A stretch of DNA of 32,000 nt from Patescibacteria group bacterium (GTDB taxonomy: Bacteria > Patescibacteriota > UBA1384 > XYA2-FULL-43-10): positions 1-32,000 of the forward strand of contig JBAYVT010000006.1 in the NCBI GenBank assembly GCA_041674405.1, given 5' to 3'. This document shows positions 29,248 to 32,000 of the stretch, piece after piece; within the stretch, counting starts at the first letter, position 1, and each line of letters starts with the position of its first letter. Position numbers and translations under genes: made by a program. The notes under the pieces are model-generated. The model made no database searches, was not told the origin of the DNA, and saw only the letters and a program-made list of their open reading frames with translations.

Positions 29248-30297
29248 ATGAAGAGGGTTAAGCAAGGAGCCAACGTGAAGTTGAGTGGTTTACTTCGAGT
29301 AAAATCGAGAGGATCTGCAATTATCATTGCGTTCTTTCTGATGGCGGCGATAGGCGGTATTGCTTTTGCTATAGGCAGGATTTTTATTCTTGATACTTCT
29401 ATTTCATCTTTGTATGAAAATGGAACAGTTGCTTACTATGCTGCTGAATCTGGAATTGAGGAAGGTATGTTGCGTTACCGTTACAACATGAACTATCAAG
29501 TGCCTGATGGGACGTCGAATGTTCGAAGATACAATCTAAGCAATGCAAGATTGAATAAATTAAGTACCGATCCTGTAGCGACATTAATCCCAAACAGCGA
29601 AAAGAAATTTTATGATTTGAATGCGATTTACAAGGCAAAATTCTATGGTGATACTGACAGAGAGGACGGTTCTTTTAATCTGCAGTTTTTCGAAAGTGAC
29701 CAGTATGGTAAAAATGGCGATGCAAAGGTTTTCCGAATCCCACGCGATGAAAGCATAAAAATTGATATCAGTAATTTTGTCGGTTCCGGAAGCAATGATA
29801 TGGACATGTATCTAAAAATGGATAATTTTGACGGACAGGATAATGGAAATTCTGATCCAGCGGACAAAACGCTGATAGAAGTGAAGGTGACCGGCACTTT
29901 TGGATCTGAACAAACAAAAACTTTTCTTGAGCGTAAAAAAGCGCTTGTTACTCCGACTACTGCTATTCCGATAGCGGATACCACCTCGAGGGTTATGCTT
30001 GCGCCAATGTTGTCACCAGTATGTAGGTATTGCTACTCTAAGGCTAACATTATTTCATCGGTAGCAGAATCTTCACTTGCAGTTAGTAACAAGGCAGAAT
30101 TATCAATCAAGCCGGTTGGCTCCGACATTTATATCGCGCTAATACCAAGAAATAGTAGAAAAATGGCTTCACCCTGGACGACTGTAAAATCAACCGGATA
30201 TTTTGGTAACGCGGCCAGAACTCTCACGGCAAATATTGACCGCCAAAGTGGTACCGTTTATGATTTATTTGACTTCGTGGTCTACAAACACAATTAG
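29248..30297 (+). CDS. PilX-N-like putative type IV pilus minor/assembly protein, about 340-349 aa
   Basis: The N-terminus SRGSAIIIAFFLMAAIGGIAFAIG followed by AYYAAESGIEEGMLRY matches the PilX N-terminal pattern (RGsaL...hydrophobic helix...A.yaAEaG(l/i)e). The remainder has no motif I recognise. A better start may be the GTG at 29275, with AAGGAG 5 nt upstream. Confidence 0.55.
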   Translation: MKRVKQGANVKLSGLLRVKSRGSAIIIAFFLMAAIGGIAFAIGRIFILDTSISSLYENGTVAYYAAESGIEEGMLRYRYNMNYQVPDGTSNVRRYNLSNARLNKLSTDPVATLIPNSEKKFYDLNAIYKAKFYGDTDREDGSFNLQFFESDQYGKNGDAKVFRIPRDESIKIDISNFVGSGSNDMDMYLKMDNFDGQDNGNSDPADKTLIEVKVTGTFGSEQTKTFLERKKALVTPTTAIPIADTTSRVMLAPMLSPVCRYCYSKANIISSVAESSLAVSNKAELSIKPVGSDIYIALIPRNSRKMASPWTTVKSTGYFGNAARTLTANIDRQSGTVYDLFDFVVYKHN

Positions 30298-30348
30298 TGT
30301 ATAATATTAACCAATAACTAATAACTTAAATTTGTTTGTGGAGGAGAT

Positions 30349-30756
30349 ATGCCGGAGAGTAAAACAATAATGGTGGTTGATGATGATTTAACTCTTCGTG
30401 AAATGTACGAAGAGAGATTAAAGGCAGAAGGATTTGTCGTTACTGGCGCTGCCGATGGCGAGGAGGCTTACAAAAAAGCGCAAGAGGAACATCCAAGCTT
30501 AATTATTCTTGACATTATGATGCCAAAATTAAATGGCATAGATACTTTGAAAAAGCTTCGAGCAGACGACAAAACTCAAGATATTCCTGTAATTATTTTA
30601 ACTGCGCTGGTACAAGAGATAGACAAAATCAAGGAAATGATGCGCCCAAATGATTCATACCTTGTAAAATCCGAAGAAATGCCAAAAGATGTCGTCTCTA
30701 AAGTCTATATGGCTTTAAATGAAGGCGAAGCAAAAAAAGAAGAGGAAAAAGAATAG
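30349..30756 (+). CDS. Single-domain response regulator (REC/CheY-like) with a K/E-rich tail, 135 aa
   Basis: IMVVDDDLTLREMY, SLIILDIMMPKLNG, PVIILTAL and YLVKS are present. No output domain is present. GGAGGAG SD precedes the ATG. Confidence 0.9.
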   Translation: MPESKTIMVVDDDLTLREMYEERLKAEGFVVTGAADGEEAYKKAQEEHPSLIILDIMMPKLNGIDTLKKLRADDKTQDIPVIILTALVQEIDKIKEMMRPNDSYLVKSEEMPKDVVSKVYMALNEGEAKKEEEKE

Positions 30757-30801
30757 CACTACCACGATTTAGTCCACAGATTAACACAGATAATTCATAT
30801 G

Positions 30802-30829
30802 AAAAATCAGCCCTCGAGGGCTGATTTTT
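30802..30829. terminator. Bidirectional rho-independent terminator
   Basis: AAAAATCAGCCC-TCGA-GGGCTGATTTTT is a perfect 28-nt palindrome with A- and T-runs on both sides. It lies between the convergent REC gene and the pil genes. Confidence 0.8.
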
Positions 30830-30872
30830 CTTTCTACAGACTAAGGACTACCAAATACGAACTAATCACTAA

Positions 30873-31130
30873 TCACTGAACAGGGACAAATGGATTATCG
30901 CGCCCATATCCGGCTTCGGTTGCGGTAACCTTCTGTCCATAATCTTTAATTTCCGTGAGTGATTTGAATTGATCGGTTTTAAGTTCAACATCTTCATTAT
31001 TGCTTGTTGTCGCGGTATCACTATTTTTCATTAGGCTGGAATAGACAAAATAGCCCAATACAATACCGGCTAGCACTACGATGCAAACTGCGTATACTGA
31101 TATTTTCTTTCCATCAAAACTATTTGCCAT
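30873..31130 (-). CDS. Small single-TM protein with a C-terminal GRDNPF motif (possible PilP-like pilus assembly component), 85 aa
   Basis: The TM helix is ISVYAVCIVVLAGIVLGYFVY and the C-terminus is GYGRDNPFVPVQ. An R(D/N)PF motif is typical of PilP-type proteins. The gene overlaps the pilO-like gene by 11 nt. The functional call is weak. Confidence 0.4.
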   Translation of the reverse strand: MANSFDGKKISVYAVCIVVLAGIVLGYFVYSSLMKNSDTATTSNNEDVELKTDQFKSLTEIKDYGQKVTATEAGYGRDNPFVPVQ

Positions 31131-31752
31131 AATAAATGTTTCCTTTCAAATCAAATTGAAGCGTGCCGGCATCAACTGAATAACCGGAAATATTTACTGA
31201 GCTTAATGATGTGAACCGGGGAAATGATGCAATTTTCTGTAAAAAAGTTTTAAATCCTGGATAGGTTGTTTTAAAGGACGTAGAAAAGGGGATTCCGGTG
31301 CCAGAGTTCTTGGCTGTTGAGGTTGCTGCGGATGGTGTGGAACTAGTGCTTTCGGAGCTAGTTTTGTTTGCACTTGTGGTTTTTTCGTCCTCTTGGACCG
31401 GAGTAGCTTTTTTGGCTACTGGCTCGGTGATAGTGAGGGTGGGAAAAACAATTGATAAATCGGTACCGAGAGCCTCCATTTGCACAACGAAATCGCTTGA
31501 ATTTTGAGTATCTGGCAATAGATTCTTAACTGTTTTTTCTACGCTATCGAGATCAGTTTTGTTTTTACTGTATTTACTTAGGTTTGAAATTGCCTCTTCA
31601 TCTTTGGCAAGCTTGGCATTATTTTGTTCCAAGGCAATACGATTGCTTTTGAGCTCGTTAATTTTGGGTATGATACCAAAAATAATCACAGCTGCAATTA
31701 ACAACACATATATTGAAAGAACATAATAGGATTTTGGAATTGAAAATTTCAT
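31120..31752 (-). CDS. pilO: PilO-like type IV pilus assembly protein, 210 aa
   Basis: An N-terminal TM helix (YVLSIYVLLIAAVIIFGIIP) is followed by a coiled-coil (KINELKSNRIALEQNNAKLAKDEEAISNL) and a C-terminal ferredoxin-like part. It has an S/T-rich linker. An ATGA start/stop overlap links it to the upstream pilN-like ORF. Confidence 0.65.
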   Translation of the reverse strand: MKFSIPKSYYVLSIYVLLIAAVIIFGIIPKINELKSNRIALEQNNAKLAKDEEAISNLSKYSKNKTDLDSVEKTVKNLLPDTQNSSDFVVQMEALGTDLSIVFPTLTITEPVAKKATPVQEDEKTTSANKTSSESTSSTPSAATSTAKNSGTGIPFSTSFKTTYPGFKTFLQKIASFPRFTSLSSVNISGYSVDAGTLQFDLKGNIYYGK

Positions 31753-32000
31753 TTTTTGAATACTCCGGTAAGTGAAAAAGTGAATGTGTTAGCAGTACTA
31801 TCAAGAACGGAGGAGCCAAAAGCCACATTGGAGAAATAGTCGGAATCTTCAAGCTTGGTTTGCAACATTACTATTTCTCTTCTTGAAGGGGCAATGCCCG
31901 AAAGCGTAAGCTTTGTAGAAGCGCTATCTGTTTGCAGGGAGGTGATTTGAATTTTCTCAGGGACTGCCGCATCGAATTTTTGAAGAACATCAGTCCAATC
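31749..32000 (-). CDS. pilN: PilN-like fimbrial assembly protein, C-terminal 83 codons (5' end beyond window)
   Basis: Not in the ORF track because it has no start inside the window. The minus-strand frame is open from 32000: DWTDVLQKFDAAVPEKIQITSLQTDSASTKLTLSGIAPSRREIVMLQTKLEDSDYFSNVAFGSSVLDSTANTFTFSLTGVFKK then stop. This is the typical PilN C-terminal pattern (L.(L/I).G.A.S...(V/I)..(F/L)...L..S..F..V). The stop overlaps the pilO ATG. Confidence 0.6.
   Translation of the reverse strand, partial: DWTDVLQKFDAAVPEKIQITSLQTDSASTKLTLSGIAPSRREIVMLQTKLEDSDYFSNVAFGSSVLDSTANTFTFSLTGVFKK

Noticed and set aside
1-32000. CRISPR arrays, rRNA genes, transposases, integrases and known defence-system genes
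   Set aside because: I found no regularly spaced direct repeats with unique spacers, no rRNA-like conserved stretches, and no ORF with DDE, tyrosine- or serine-recombinase motifs or recognisable defence-nuclease motifs. The only tandem repeats are intragenic protein modules and the short AAAGTC-unit arrays.

Overview
A 32 kb, mostly AT-rich and tightly packed bacterial window. The content suggests a small-genome monoderm lineage, possibly CPR/Patescibacteria-like; this is inference, drawn from an LPXTG-anchored protein, giant surface proteins, type IV pilus genes, REC-only regulators and a stand-alone GlmS-isomerase-like gene.

Gene order, left to right:
- A 5'-truncated fused MacB-type ABC ATPase/permease.
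- A 1219-aa LPXTG-anchored beta-helix/beta-propeller surface protein.
- A MazG-like gene on the minus strand.
- A short, visibly GC-rich islet with two mini membrane-peptide ORFs and a perfect GC hairpin.
- tRNA-Gln(CTG), followed by a ~140-nt multi-hairpin element that repeats the tRNA 3' end.
- An apparent operon: TPR protein, 3737-aa giant mosaic surface protein, ABC ATPase, FtsX/MacB permease.
- A GlmS-isomerase-like SIS protein.
- A HypC-like::HydE-like radical-SAM fusion.
- A four-helix-bundle (23S rRNA IVS-type) gene bracketed by inverted arrays of an AAAGTC-unit repeat that recurs elsewhere in the window.
- A DJ-1/PfpI protein and tRNA-Glu(CTC).
- A minus-strand five-gene cluster: PAS histidine kinase, REC-only regulator, swivel-His PEP-utilising protein, histidine-phosphatase-family protein, stand-alone PPDK_N ATP-grasp protein.
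- A PilX-like protein plus a second REC-only regulator.
- Convergent pilN (partial), pilO and a small PilP-like gene.

I saw no rRNA, CRISPR array, transposase or integrase. The most unusual candidates are the split phospho-histidine cluster, the giant-protein/ABC module, the HypC-HydE fusion, the AAAGTC repeat cassette and the tRNA-Gln-adjacent structured/GC-rich region. All family calls rest on motifs read by eye from the translations; no database search was possible.
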